Positions 18,902 through 28,855 are shown, counted from the first letter of the stretch. The stretch is DNA of 64,000 nt from Candidatus Forterrea multitransposorum CG_2015-17_Forterrea_25_41 (GCA_009392915.1 CP045477.1:160001-224000); one strand, 5' to 3'. Notes: a model not told the origin generated them from the letters alone. Translations and numbers: made by a program.

Positions 18902-19579
18902 ATGAGACTTTCAAGAACAAAAATAAATAATACACCTTATTTAGGTGTATATTCTGTGTGTACAGATGATTTTTGTATTGTTCCAAACAATATCTTAAAA
19001 AAAGAAGAAGCTGTTTTAGAAAAGTTTCTTCAAACAAAAATCATTAAGACATCTATAAATGATTCTCCATTGATAGGTGTTTATCTTTTAGCACATAGAA
19101 ATAAAGTTGTTGCTTGTAAAAATTCTATTAAAAAATATGAAATTGATTTACTTGAAAAGAATGGTATTGAAGTTAAATTAATTAAAGAAGAACATAATGC
19201 TTTAGGAAATTTAGTTTCATTTAATTCAAATTATGGTTTTGCAAGTCCAATTCTTTCAGATAAAACAGTTTCAGAGATTTCTTCTTTTTTTGATATAAAA
19301 ATTGAAAAAAAAGAATTATTATCTTTAGATATTCTAGGAAGTATTCTTTATGCTAATGATTATCTTTTTATTATAAATCCAACTATTGATGAAAAAGATT
19401 TTTTAGCAATTAAGAAAAAACTAAAAGTTGAAGGTATTGCAACAACTCTTAATTATGGTGGTTTATTTGTTGGTAATGATATTATTGCAAATAAAAATGC
19501 TGTTTTAGTTGGAGCTAATACAAGTAACATTGAAATAATGAAAGTTGATGATGTTGTTTTAATGCATGATAAATTATAA
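18902..19579 (+). CDS. eif6: Translation initiation factor 6 (eIF6/aIF6)
   Basis: MRLSRTKINNTPYLGVYSVCTDDFCIVP matches the eIF6 N-terminus, and the pentein-repeat pattern runs throughout. Position after L31e is the conserved archaeal arrangement. Confidence 0.85.
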   Translation: MRLSRTKINNTPYLGVYSVCTDDFCIVPNNILKKEEAVLEKFLQTKIIKTSINDSPLIGVYLLAHRNKVVACKNSIKKYEIDLLEKNGIEVKLIKEEHNALGNLVSFNSNYGFASPILSDKTVSEISSFFDIKIEKKELLSLDILGSILYANDYLFIINPTIDEKDFLAIKKKLKVEGIATTLNYGGLFVGNDIIANKNAVLVGANTSNIEIMKVDDVVLMHDKL

Positions 19580-19593
19580 AGGAGTGAAATAAA

Positions 19594-20055
19594 ATGCCAG
19601 GAAATGAAAAAAAGACTATTAAACTTAATAAAGATCAAACAATTTCACTTTATAAAGCTAAAGAAAATGAAATTAATGGTATTTCTAAAAGACTTCAAGA
19701 AATTAATAATCTTTTTACAGAAATATCAAAAGCAGAAAATACATTAAATGAAATAAAAAATGTAAAATCTTCTGAAAGTATTTTAATGAATATTGGTGCT
19801 GGAGTATTAGTTGAATGTAAAGTTAATAATACAAAAGAAGTTAAAATTTCTCTTCCAGGAACAATAATTGTTTCAAAAGATATTGATTCTGTTATTAAAG
19901 ATATTGAAAACAGAAAACAAGAGTTATTAGATATTAGAAAAAAATTATCTGATGCTTATAATAATAATGTTAAGACATTACAACAAATTTCAAAAGCAAT
20001 TCAAGTAATGCAAAAACAAAACAATAAAGAAGCTGACTCAAATAACGTGAGTTAG
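19594..20055 (+). CDS. pfdA: Prefoldin alpha subunit (coiled-coil chaperone)
   Basis: Two coiled-coil segments flank two beta-hairpin segments (NIGAGVLVECKV, LPGTIIVSKD). Conserved archaeal position between eif6 and ftsY. Confidence 0.55.
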   Translation: MPGNEKKTIKLNKDQTISLYKAKENEINGISKRLQEINNLFTEISKAENTLNEIKNVKSSESILMNIGAGVLVECKVNNTKEVKISLPGTIIVSKDIDSVIKDIENRKQELLDIRKKLSDAYNNNVKTLQQISKAIQVMQKQNNKEADSNNVS

Positions 20056-20098
20056 ATTTTCTTTTATCTTTTTTTAATTAATAGAGGTTTTTTAAAAT

Positions 20099-21391
20099 AT
20101 GTTTGGTCTTTTAAAAAAGAAATTCAAAGATTTGTCAGATAAAATATTAGGTAAATCTAAAGAAAAAATTGATTCTGAAGATCAAAGTCAAGAAGAAACT
20201 TCTTCTGATACTTCTAAGACTTTAGATGTTCCTGAAGAAAAATCTCCTGTTTCTAAAGAGCCAATATCTAATTCTGAAGAACTTTCTGTTCCTAAAGTTG
20301 AAGATGCTAAAGAAGAAATCCCTGTTCCTAAGGTTGAAGATGTTAAAGAAGAAAAATCTACTCCTAAGGTTGAAGATGTTAAAGAAGAAATCCCTATTCC
20401 TAAAGTTGAAGAAATTAAAGAAGAAAAACCTATTTTAAAAGAAGAAATAAAAGAAGATAAACAACCTTCAAAAGCATATACAGATTTAGAATCTAAAAAA
20501 GTTGAAGACGTAAAAAAAACAACTTTTACAAAAATAAAAAGTTTATTTTCATCAAAAATAAAATTATCTGAAAAAGAAATATCTGAATTTTTAGATGATT
20601 TTGAAATTTCTTTACTTGAAGCAGATGTTTCTATTGATTCTTCAACAGCAATTATTGAAGATTTAAAAAAAAGATTAGTTAATGCTTCTTTTTCAAAAAC
20701 AAATATCTTAGAAGATATTAAAAAAAATATTAAAGAAACTTTAAAAGAACAATTAAATATTGATTGTGATATTAATAATTATATTTCTCAAAAACAAAAT
20801 GAACCTTTAATAATTTTAATAATTGGACCTAATGGTGCTGGAAAAACAACAACTATTTCTAAATTTGCAAATCTTTATAAAAATCAAGGTAAATCTGTGG
20901 TTCTAGCTTCTTCAGATACTTTCAGAGCAGGAAGTATTGATCAATTAGAAGTGCATGCAAAGAGATTAGGTGTAAAAGTTGTAAAACAAAATTATGGTTC
21001 AGATCCTGCTGCAGTTGCTTTTGATGCAGTTGCTTCTGCTAAAGCAAATAAAAACGATGTTGTTTTAATTGATACTGCTGGTAGACAAGATACAAATATT
21101 AATCTAATGCAAGAACTCTCAAAAATAAAAAGAGTAGTAAAACCAGATCTTACAATTTATATTGGAGAATCTCAATCTGGACAAACAATTGTTGAACAAA
21201 TACAAAAGTTTGATAAAGAAATAGGTGTTACTGGAGTAATTTTAACAAAGATTGATACTGACCCAAAAGGTGGAGTTGCAATTTCTATTCTTAATGAAAT
21301 TAAAAAACCTATTTTCTATATTGGTACAGGTCAAGAGTATAATGATATAGAAAAATTTTCTCCAGAATATATTATTGAAAGAATTGTTTAG
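20099..21391 (+). CDS. ftsY: Signal recognition particle receptor FtsY
   Basis: N-terminal acidic A-domain with four VPKVEDVKEE(I/K)P repeats. The NG domain has GPNGAGKTTTISKFA, DTFRAGSIDQL and DTAGRQ motifs. Confidence 0.9.
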   Translation: MFGLLKKKFKDLSDKILGKSKEKIDSEDQSQEETSSDTSKTLDVPEEKSPVSKEPISNSEELSVPKVEDAKEEIPVPKVEDVKEEKSTPKVEDVKEEIPIPKVEEIKEEKPILKEEIKEDKQPSKAYTDLESKKVEDVKKTTFTKIKSLFSSKIKLSEKEISEFLDDFEISLLEADVSIDSSTAIIEDLKKRLVNASFSKTNILEDIKKNIKETLKEQLNIDCDINNYISQKQNEPLIILIIGPNGAGKTTTISKFANLYKNQGKSVVLASSDTFRAGSIDQLEVHAKRLGVKVVKQNYGSDPAAVAFDAVASAKANKNDVVLIDTAGRQDTNINLMQELSKIKRVVKPDLTIYIGESQSGQTIVEQIQKFDKEIGVTGVILTKIDTDPKGGVAISILNEIKKPIFYIGTGQEYNDIEKFSPEYIIERIV

Positions 21392-21394
21392 ATT

Positions 21395-21685
21395 TTATTT
21401 TCTAAAAGCTTTTTTAACATTTTCTTTAAATCTTTTAATTTCTGGTGTTTCTGGTGTTTTACTATTACTTAATTTTTCTTGAATAGTTTTTATATTTTTT
21501 CTAAGTATTTTTAAAGCAAGTTCTTTTTGAGCTGGTGTTGCAGTTTTATTTTCTTTAATAATTTCCATTTTTTTTCTAATGGTATTTATAGCTTCTCTTG
21601 GATTTTCTATTTTACTTTTTTCTTTAATTACAAATTTAGCATTTCCTGTTCTTAGTTTATGTGCTCTTGGATTTGGTTTTGGCAT
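21395..21685 (-). CDS. Hypothetical Lys-rich coiled-coil protein (96 aa)
   Basis: Intact ORF between ftsY and srp54. Lys/Glu-rich with no motif recognised. Confidence 0.3.
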   Translation of the reverse strand: MPKPNPRAHKLRTGNAKFVIKEKSKIENPREAINTIRKKMEIIKENKTATPAQKELALKILRKNIKTIQEKLSNSKTPETPEIKRFKENVKKAFRK

Positions 21686-21701
21686 TTTTAATCAACCTCT
21701 T

Positions 21702-22088
21702 TTATTTTTTCATTTCTTTAAGATAAGTTTTTTTAACACTTTCAAGTTGTTTTTCTAAAATATTTAAAAAAAGCTCTTTTTGTTTCTGGTCTATTGTTTT
21801 ATCAAGTCTTATTTTTCTAATATTTTCTTTAATTTTTGAATATCTTTCTTTACTAATTTCTAAAACATTTTTTTTAACATTTAATGATTTCTTTGCAGCA
21901 ATTCTATTTATATTATTTTCAAGAGATTTTTTTCCTGTTCCTGTTTTTGAAGAAATTAATTTTAAGGCTTTATTTCTCTTTTCAGCATTTTCTTTTTCAG
22001 CAAGAAATCTATTCTTAGTAGGACTAGATGTTTTTGTAATTTCTCTATTTCTTTTATTTTTAATTATAGGCATATTTTCTAACTCCAC
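21702..22088 (-). CDS. Hypothetical Lys-rich coiled-coil protein (128 aa)
   Basis: Intact ORF co-oriented with 21395..21685. Basic, with no motif recognised. Confidence 0.3.
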   Translation of the reverse strand: MELENMPIIKNKRNREITKTSSPTKNRFLAEKENAEKRNKALKLISSKTGTGKKSLENNINRIAAKKSLNVKKNVLEISKERYSKIKENIRKIRLDKTIDQKQKELFLNILEKQLESVKKTYLKEMKK

Positions 22089-22208
22089 AAATAATTAACT
22101 AATTAACTATTGTTTATAAATATATTACTTTTAAATCAATTTATATTTATATCTTTTGATATATTATATATAATATACACTTAAAAAACCACACAAATGT
22201 TTTAAAAT

Positions 22209-23612
22209 ATGGGCTTTGGAGAAAAATTAAAAAGTGCAATTGATAAAATTAAAAATTCAATGCATGTTGATAAAGATTTAATTAAAGAAGTTATTAAAGA
22301 TATTCAAAGAGCATTGATCTCTTCAGATGTAAATGTACAACTAGTTTTAAAAATTTCAAAAGAAATAGAAACTGAAGCTTTTGAAAAAATCCCTGAAGGT
22401 CTTTCAAGAAAAGAACATTTAGTTAAAACTTGTTATGATGTTATTTTAAAATATATTGGTGGAAGAGAACAAAAAAAGCTTCCTGAAAATCCAGAAACAA
22501 TTCTTCTTTGTGGTCTTTTTGGTTCTGGTAAAACAACAACTACTGCAAAACTTGCAAAATTCTATAAAAAAAGAGGTTTTAAAGTTGGAGTTATTGCTGC
22601 AGATGTTTACAGGCCAGCAGCTTATGAACAACTTGAACAATTATCAAAGCAAGTAGATTGTATTTTTTATGGTGAAAAAGAAAATAAAGTTGCAGGAGAA
22701 GTTGTTAAAAATGGTCTTTCTATTTTAAAGAAAAAAGGAGCTAATCTTATAATTGTTGATTCTGCTGGTAGATCTGCTTTAGACCAAGAGCTTACCAAAG
22801 AGCTTAAAGAAATACACTTACAATTAAATCCTAAATTTTCATTTTTAGTTCTTTCTGCAGATATTGGACAGGCTGCAAAAGATCAAGCTGAAAACTTTAA
22901 TCAAGCAGTTGGAGTTAATGGTGTAATAATAACTAAGCTTGATGGTTCTGCAAAAGGTGGTGGAGCTTTAACTGCTTGTTATATTACAAATTCTCCAATA
23001 TATTTTATTGGAACTGGAGAAAAAGTTGATGATTTAGAAATTTTTGATGCAAATAGATATCTTTCAAGAATCTTAGGTTTTGGGGATTTAGAAGGTCTTT
23101 TAGAAAAAGTTAAAGAACTTCAAGAAACTGAAGATTTACAAGATGTTAATCCTGATGATATTTTAAAAGGAGATTTTTCATTTTATCTTTTTAAAAAACA
23201 AATTTCAGCTGCTAAAAAATTAGGTCCTTTTAATAAGATTATAGGTATGCTTGGTATTGGTGGTAACATTTCAAAAGATCAAATGAATTTAGGTCAAGAA
23301 AAAATGAAAAAATATAAAGTTATGCTTGATTCTTTTACAAAAAAAGAACTTTATTTTGAACCTCAAGAAATAAATAAAAGCAGAATTAAAAGAATTTCAA
23401 ATGGTTCTGGAACAAAAGAAGAAGAAGTAAAAGAACTTGTTTCTCATGTTAAAAAAATGAAAAAAATGTTTAAACAATTTTCATCAAAAGGTGGAGGTTC
23501 TGCTGGAATGATGAAAAAGATGTTTGGTGGAAAAATGCCTGACATGTCAAAATTTAATGACATGGATCCTAAACAAATGGAAGATATGGCAAAGCAGTTT
23601 AAACTAAAATAA
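22209..23612 (+). CDS. srp54: Signal recognition particle protein SRP54
   Basis: GLFGSGKTTTTAKLA, DVYRPAAYEQL, DSAGR and a Met-rich C-terminal M-domain (MMKKMFGGKMPDM). Confidence 0.9.
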   Translation: MGFGEKLKSAIDKIKNSMHVDKDLIKEVIKDIQRALISSDVNVQLVLKISKEIETEAFEKIPEGLSRKEHLVKTCYDVILKYIGGREQKKLPENPETILLCGLFGSGKTTTTAKLAKFYKKRGFKVGVIAADVYRPAAYEQLEQLSKQVDCIFYGEKENKVAGEVVKNGLSILKKKGANLIIVDSAGRSALDQELTKELKEIHLQLNPKFSFLVLSADIGQAAKDQAENFNQAVGVNGVIITKLDGSAKGGGALTACYITNSPIYFIGTGEKVDDLEIFDANRYLSRILGFGDLEGLLEKVKELQETEDLQDVNPDDILKGDFSFYLFKKQISAAKKLGPFNKIIGMLGIGGNISKDQMNLGQEKMKKYKVMLDSFTKKELYFEPQEINKSRIKRISNGSGTKEEEVKELVSHVKKMKKMFKQFSSKGGGSAGMMKKMFGGKMPDMSKFNDMDPKQMEDMAKQFKLK

Positions 23613-23619
23613 AAAGGAT

Positions 23620-24483
23620 TTGTGTATTTTAATGATTGAAATAATTTTATTTATTAAACTTTTTATAATATTAATTGCCACAAGTATAGGTGCTTGGACA
23701 GACTATAAAACAGGGTATATCTATAACTGGATAACTTTTCCTTTAATTATCTTAGGTTTATTATTATTAATTTTAGAATCTTTTGTTTTATTTAATCTTG
23801 GTTGGTTTTATTTTTTAAAAGTGTTTATAATTGGTTTATTAATATATGGTATTGGTTATTTATTTTATTATTTTGGAAAATTAGGAGGAGGAGATGTAAA
23901 ATTATTTTTAGGAATTCATCTTTTAGTTCCTTATGTAAATGGTCAACTTTTAATTTTATGGGTTTTAATTTTATCTTCTCTATTATCTGTCTTAATTGTT
24001 TCAATTAAATATTTATTTATTCTTTTTAGAAAAATTACATTTACTGAATTTAAAAAAATTATAAAAACAAGAACCTCTAAAATGATTATTTATTTATTAA
24101 TGTTTATTTTTTTTGTTTTTCTCTTATATTCTGCAATCTATAATGTTGGTTTTTCAAAATATTATTACTTATTATTAATTCCTATATTTATAGGTCTTTT
24201 AACAGTTTTATTTGAAGAAGAAATTAAGAAATATATTTATCTTAAAAGAAAAGTTTTAAGGAAAATAGAAGAAGGAGATGTTTTAGCAATTGAGTTTTTA
24301 TCAAAAGAACTTCTTAATAAACTAAATATGGGAAATAGACAAGTTATTGAAGAAAAAGATTTATTGATTATTAAAAATTTAGATGTTAAATCTTTACCTA
24401 TATATGATAATCTTCCAAGATTTGGACCTTATATACTTTTAGGTTTTATTTTTTCTTTTTTATATTTATTTTTCTTATTTTAA
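23620..24483 (+). CDS. A24-family prepilin/preflagellin peptidase (PibD/FlaK-like), a polytopic membrane protein
   Basis: The first catalytic Asp is in IGAWTDYKTGYI and the second in YFGKLGGGDVKLFLG (GxGD-like). Multiple TM helices. It is the likely processor of the KRKA| and KG|A signal peptides in this window. Confidence 0.55.
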   Translation: MCILMIEIILFIKLFIILIATSIGAWTDYKTGYIYNWITFPLIILGLLLLILESFVLFNLGWFYFLKVFIIGLLIYGIGYLFYYFGKLGGGDVKLFLGIHLLVPYVNGQLLILWVLILSSLLSVLIVSIKYLFILFRKITFTEFKKIIKTRTSKMIIYLLMFIFFVFLLYSAIYNVGFSKYYYLLLIPIFIGLLTVLFEEEIKKYIYLKRKVLRKIEEGDVLAIEFLSKELLNKLNMGNRQVIEEKDLLIIKNLDVKSLPIYDNLPRFGPYILLGFIFSFLYLFFLF

Positions 24484-24505
24484 GGAATAATTAAAAAAAG
24501 GTTAC

Positions 24506-25702
24506 TTGAAAAATATGTATTTTAATCTTCATTCTGGAAAAAAGATTTTTATTCAAGATAAATCTTTTCAATTTATTTTTGTAGTTTTTTTAATTAGTTT
24601 AGGAATTGGTATATTTGATGCTATTTTTTCAATTTATTTAGAAAATATTTTAAAAGATCCTTCTCTTGTTGGTTTTGTAAGTGCAATCATTACAATGATT
24701 ATGTTTTTTACATATCTTTTTTTAACACAAATGTATTCTAAATATCCAGTAACTCATGTTTGGCTTGTAAGTACTTTGCTTATGGGTTTTTGTTTATTTT
24801 TACTTTATTTTTTTTCACAAATAGTTATCTTTGCAATACTTATTGGTTTAGTTGTAATTTCTATGACTCTTCATTTTAATACTACAGCAATTATTTTAAG
24901 GCATTCCAGTACTCTAGAAAATATTGGTAAAATTCAAGGTTATTATTATACTTTTAGAAATATTGGTTGGGTTATAGGTCCATTAATCTCAAGTTTTATT
25001 TTATATAAGTTTGGACTTTTAAATAATTTTCTTGCAATTGGTTTATTTATATTTTCTGGTTGGCTTTTATTCTTATATTATCAAATTAAGGCTTATGAAG
25101 AAAATAAACCTCAAACAATTAGTTTAAAGTCAATAAGACAAAATATTGTTGATTATTTTAGAAATAAAGAATTATTTAAATTATATTTTCTAAGAGGTGC
25201 ACTTTCTCTATATTGGTCTGTATTTTATATATTTACTCCATTATATATTTTGTATAATGGACTTTCAATAAGTTTTATTGGAATTTTTTTAGGAGTTGCA
25301 ACAATTCCTGTTGTTGTTATTGAATATTTTATTGCAAAGAAAATTGATGTTATTTTAAAAAAAGAATTATTTATTACAGGAAGCTTTTTAATTTCTTTAT
25401 TTTTAATTTTAGCTTTTGTTTTTAGTGGATATATTTATTTAAGTTTAATTTTTATATTACTTTCAATAATTGGTGCTGGTTTTTTAGAACCAACTTGTGA
25501 AACTTATTTCTTTAATAATGTAAATCAGTTTATTGCAGATAGATATTATGGTGTTTATAGAACTTCAGATTCTTTATTTAGTTTAACTTCTAGACTTTTC
25601 TTTGGTTTTATTTTATTATTTTTAAAGATTAAGTTTATATATTTATTTACAGGTATATTCTTTATACTTATATATTTTATTTCAAAAAACATAAAAAATT
25701 AG
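24506..25702 (+). CDS. Polytopic membrane transporter, MFS-like
   Basis: About 12 predicted TM helices over 398 aa with a short cytoplasmic central loop. No precise family motif. Confidence 0.4.
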   Translation: MKNMYFNLHSGKKIFIQDKSFQFIFVVFLISLGIGIFDAIFSIYLENILKDPSLVGFVSAIITMIMFFTYLFLTQMYSKYPVTHVWLVSTLLMGFCLFLLYFFSQIVIFAILIGLVVISMTLHFNTTAIILRHSSTLENIGKIQGYYYTFRNIGWVIGPLISSFILYKFGLLNNFLAIGLFIFSGWLLFLYYQIKAYEENKPQTISLKSIRQNIVDYFRNKELFKLYFLRGALSLYWSVFYIFTPLYILYNGLSISFIGIFLGVATIPVVVIEYFIAKKIDVILKKELFITGSFLISLFLILAFVFSGYIYLSLIFILLSIIGAGFLEPTCETYFFNNVNQFIADRYYGVYRTSDSLFSLTSRLFFGFILLFLKIKFIYLFTGIFFILIYFISKNIKN

Positions 25703-25711
25703 GTTTTATTT

Positions 25712-26821
25712 ATGAGTTTTACAATTACAAAAAAAGATAAAAAAACAAATGCAAGAATTGGTATTTTTAAAACTAATCATGGAACCATAAAGACTCCTTT
25801 TTTTATGCCAGTTGTAACTAAAGGAATTGCAAAGTTTATAACTTTAGATATTTTAGATGATATTAAAACACAATGTTTTATTTCAAATTGTTATTTATTA
25901 TACTTAAAACCAGGAAAAGAACTTTTAGAAAAAACAAAAGGTTATCATAATTTTATAAATTGGAAAAAACCTATTTTTACAGATTCTGGTGGGTTTCAAC
26001 TTAAAAATCCAAGTTTTTTTATATCAATGAATGATAAAGGAGTTTGGTTTAAATCTCCTTTTGATGGATCTAAACATTTTATGTCTCCTGAAAAAGTAAT
26101 TGAGATGCAGAATGTTATTGGTTCTGATATTGCAATGATATTAGATGATATGCAAGATGCTAATCTTTCAAGAGAAGCTTATGAAATTGCAACTGATAGA
26201 ACTATAGCTTGGGCAAAAAGAGCTATCCTTGCACATAAAAATAAGAAGCAAATGCTTTTTGGAATAGTTCAAGGTGGTGTATATAAGGATTTAAGAGAAA
26301 AATGTGCAAAAGAAATAAATAAACTTCCATTTGATGGTCTTGCAATTGGTGGACTTGCTTTAGGTGAGCCTAAAGAATCCATGCATAAAGCAATTGATTA
26401 TTCTTTAAAACATTTAGATGAAGAGAAAATAAAATATTTAATGGGTTTAGGATCTCCAGAAGACATTATTGTTTCAATTGGTAAAGGAGTTGATTGTTTT
26501 GATTCTATATATCCTACAAAAATGGCAAGACATGGTTTTATTTTTACAAGAAAAGGTCCTATTTTTTTAAAGAAAGCAAAATATAAAGATGTTTTTGAGC
26601 CTATTGAAAAAGATTGTGATTGCCCTACTTGTAAAAGGCATACACTTGCATACCTTCATCATCTTTTAAGACTTGATGAGCCAGGTGTTAAGATTCTTTT
26701 ATCTATTCATAATATTAGATTTTTACATAGGCTTTTAGAAGATTCTAGAAAAGAAATAGAAAAAGGAACTTTTGAGAGTTTTCAAAAGAAATTTTTAAAA
26801 GAATTTAAAAAAAGAGATTAA
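25712..26821 (+). CDS. tgtA: Archaeosine tRNA-guanine transglycosylase, catalytic domain
   Basis: TGT fold with a zinc site CDCPTCKRHTLAYLHHL. Motifs FMPV.TKG, FTDSGGFQL and LGSPEDI. Confidence 0.85.
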   Translation: MSFTITKKDKKTNARIGIFKTNHGTIKTPFFMPVVTKGIAKFITLDILDDIKTQCFISNCYLLYLKPGKELLEKTKGYHNFINWKKPIFTDSGGFQLKNPSFFISMNDKGVWFKSPFDGSKHFMSPEKVIEMQNVIGSDIAMILDDMQDANLSREAYEIATDRTIAWAKRAILAHKNKKQMLFGIVQGGVYKDLREKCAKEINKLPFDGLAIGGLALGEPKESMHKAIDYSLKHLDEEKIKYLMGLGSPEDIIVSIGKGVDCFDSIYPTKMARHGFIFTRKGPIFLKKAKYKDVFEPIEKDCDCPTCKRHTLAYLHHLLRLDEPGVKILLSIHNIRFLHRLLEDSRKEIEKGTFESFQKKFLKEFKKRD

Positions 26822-26846
26822 AGAATAGTTTTTAAAAAAATAAAAA

Positions 26847-27299
26847 CTATCTTAAAAATAATTTAGCAATCTTATATTTAATAGATCTAAAAAAACCTTT
26901 AGTCTTAATCTCAAGTTCTTTTGTTTTAAAAGCTTGATTAATTTCTGTCATTGGATCTTCTGCTTCTAAGATTCTATTTATTACTTCTTCTTTTCCTGTA
27001 ATCCAAACATTTACGTTTTCAATATTTTCTTTTGTAACTTTATATTCTTTATTTTCAAGTCTTTCAATAAAAATTTCTAAAGGTTCTTCAGTTGTTTGAA
27101 TCTCAATTTTCATTTTATCATTTTTAATTGCATTTTGTGCAATTTTTGGTAATTGTTCAATGTTGTTTACAAAGTCTATTTTTACTTCGTCTATATTTTC
27201 ATAATAATATCTAATATCTTTTGATTCTGCAAAAACCATTGTGCTATTAAATATTAATAATGCTAAAGTTATTCCAAATAATATATTTTTATAGTTCAT
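26847..27299 (-). CDS. Secreted hypothetical protein (150 aa)
   Basis: N-terminal signal peptide MNYKNILFGITLALLIFNSTMVFA. Confidence 0.35.
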   Translation of the reverse strand: MNYKNILFGITLALLIFNSTMVFAESKDIRYYYENIDEVKIDFVNNIEQLPKIAQNAIKNDKMKIEIQTTEEPLEIFIERLENKEYKVTKENIENVNVWITGKEEVINRILEAEDPMTEINQAFKTKELEIKTKGFFRSIKYKIAKLFLR

Positions 27300-27325
27300 A
27301 AAGTATTTAAAGCTTCAAAATATTT

Positions 27326-27994
27326 TTAAATAAGATTGTTTTCTTTAAATGAGAAATATTTTTGATTTGTAATTATTAAATGATCTAAAAAAGTTATCTC
27401 TAAAAGCTTGCAAGCTTCTTTTATTTTTGTCGTAGCTATTTTATCTTCTCTTGAAGGATAACATTCTCCTGAAGGGTGATTGTGTGCTATGATTATTGCT
27501 TGAGCATTTTCTTTTAAAGCTTCTTTTAATATTTCTTTTTCAGAAACTAAGGTTTGGTTATCTGTTCCAATAGTTATTATTTTTTTTGAAATAACTTCGT
27601 TTCCTTTTAGAAATAGTGTGATTAAATGTTCTTGTTCTTTATTTTCAATATCATGTCTTAATATTTCATATGCTGTTTTTGGAGAATAAATTTTTTCTGA
27701 AGTTTTTATATTTTTTATAGATATCCTTTTGTAAAGTTCTATGATTGCTTTTATTTGAGAGGCTTTTACAATACCAATACCTTTTATCTTAAGAAGTTGA
27801 TTAATTGATATATTTTCAAGATCTTGAAAGGTATATCTTGAAAGAATCTGGTTTGATATATCTAGAACATTATATTCTTTTGTTCCTGTCTTTAGAATGA
27901 TTGCTAGAAGTTCGCTATTTGATAGACTTTTTTCTCCATCTCTTGAAAGTCTTTCAAGAGGTCTGTTTTCTGGTGCTATATCTTTTAGTCTCAT
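27326..27994 (-). CDS. radC: RadC-like JAB/MPN-domain protein
   Basis: N-terminal helix-hairpin-helix region (KIKGIGIVKASQI) plus the JAMM motif IIIAHNHPSGECYPSREDKIATTKIKEAC. Confidence 0.8.
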   Translation of the reverse strand: MRLKDIAPENRPLERLSRDGEKSLSNSELLAIILKTGTKEYNVLDISNQILSRYTFQDLENISINQLLKIKGIGIVKASQIKAIIELYKRISIKNIKTSEKIYSPKTAYEILRHDIENKEQEHLITLFLKGNEVISKKIITIGTDNQTLVSEKEILKEALKENAQAIIIAHNHPSGECYPSREDKIATTKIKEACKLLEITFLDHLIITNQKYFSFKENNLI

Positions 27995-28140
27995 TTTATT
28001 TAAAAAAGAAAATAAATATTTCTCTCCACTAATAAATATACTTAATCCTTTATTTAAGGGAGGGGAAAAAAAGGTCTTTCCATAAAAGAAAGTACCTTTC
28101 TAATAGATGCATATTTCTAAATAATATATATCCTTTAACA

Positions 28141-28190
28141 AATATATCTCTTTTCAAGCAGGGGGTAGCTGGCCGAGTAAATTAATTTAG
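28141..28190. repeat. GC-rich 50-nt direct repeat, copy R1 (aatatatctcttttcaagcagggggtagctggccgagtaaattaatttag), upstream of the radC-like gene when read on the minus strand
   Basis: 50/50 identical to R2 at 28856-28905. The first 30 nt are identical in R3 at 29943-29972. The GC-rich core is anomalous in this AT-rich genome. Confidence 0.8.
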
Positions 28191-28513
28191 TATTTAAATC
28201 TCTTTTCATAACTTTTATGATTAAACCATTCTATAATAATAGATATAATTTTAATTTGATCACTTTTAATTGTGTATACTAATCTCCATCCATTAAATAG
28301 ATTATATTTCCAAAGGTTTGTAATTTTATATTTTTTAATATATTCTTTTGGCCATAATTTTTTTGAAATTTTAATTCCAGAAGTAGGATCTTTTTTAAGA
28401 GTTTCAATTGCTTTTAGAATATTTTTATACAAATCATGATTTTCTTTAAGGTTTTCAAAATTAATTTCTAATTCTCTTGAAACAAATACAACATAATTTT
28501 CTTTATCAATCAT
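28187..28513 (-). CDS. relE: RelE/ParE-superfamily toxin (type II toxin-antitoxin system)
   Basis: 108 aa. ...LWPKEYIKKYKITNLWKYNLFNGWRLVYTIKSDQIKIISIIIEWFNHKSYEKRF follows the RelE/YafQ pattern (W.Y.L...WRLVY.I......I....H). Overlaps the upstream antitoxin ORF by 4 nt. Confidence 0.65.
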   Translation of the reverse strand: MIDKENYVVFVSRELEINFENLKENHDLYKNILKAIETLKKDPTSGIKISKKLWPKEYIKKYKITNLWKYNLFNGWRLVYTIKSDQIKIISIIIEWFNHKSYEKRFKY

Positions 28514-28779
28514 CTTAATTTAACACCTAAAGATAATATTTTTGAAATATTTTTTTTATCATATATCCAAATTACAATATTATCTTTATCAATAATAATC
28601 TTACTAGATTCTTCTAGATATTCAAGAATTATTTTGTATGTCTGATACATCATTTTTTTAGGTATTTTTTTCCATAATTGATAGATAGTATACTGAGAAC
28701 TATATTTTTTAATAGTATTTTCAACCATTAAGATACTCTCAAGCTTTGGACTATGATATTTTATTTTTTCTTTAGGCAT
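28510..28779 (-). CDS. Putative antitoxin partner of the RelE-family toxin. Start taken at MPKEKIKYHS.
   Basis: An 89-aa ORF immediately upstream of, and overlapping, the toxin gene. The ORF-track start at 28872 would run through repeat R2 and is probably too long. Confidence 0.4.
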   Translation of the reverse strand: MPKEKIKYHSPKLESILMVENTIKKYSSQYTIYQLWKKIPKKMMYQTYKIILEYLEESSKIIIDKDNIVIWIYDKKNISKILSLGVKLR

Positions 28780-28855
28780 ATTATATAACTTTATATAAGT
28801 TAAATTTTTAAATATTTTTATTTGCCTAAAGTATATATTAATATGTGTTTTAAAA

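Noticed and set aside
20226-20438. ORF-track entry MFLKKNLLFLKSQ... inside ftsY
   Set aside because: It is an alternative-frame read-through of the VPKVEDVKEE nucleotide repeats, which gives the repetitive LKMLKKK translation. It lies entirely within the confidently assigned ftsY frame.
28141-28190. Resemblance of the repeat core (GCAGGGGgtagctggCCGAGT) to the 5' end of tRNA-Leu (GCAGGGGttcCCGAGT), suggesting a tRNA 5'-half or split-tRNA gene
   Set aside because: Only two short GC-rich blocks (7 and 6 nt) match, with different spacing. No D-arm or anticodon-stem continuation follows (the sequence runs into AAATTAATTTAG). It is most likely coincidental GC-rich similarity. It is worth one genome-wide check but is not reportable as an RNA gene.
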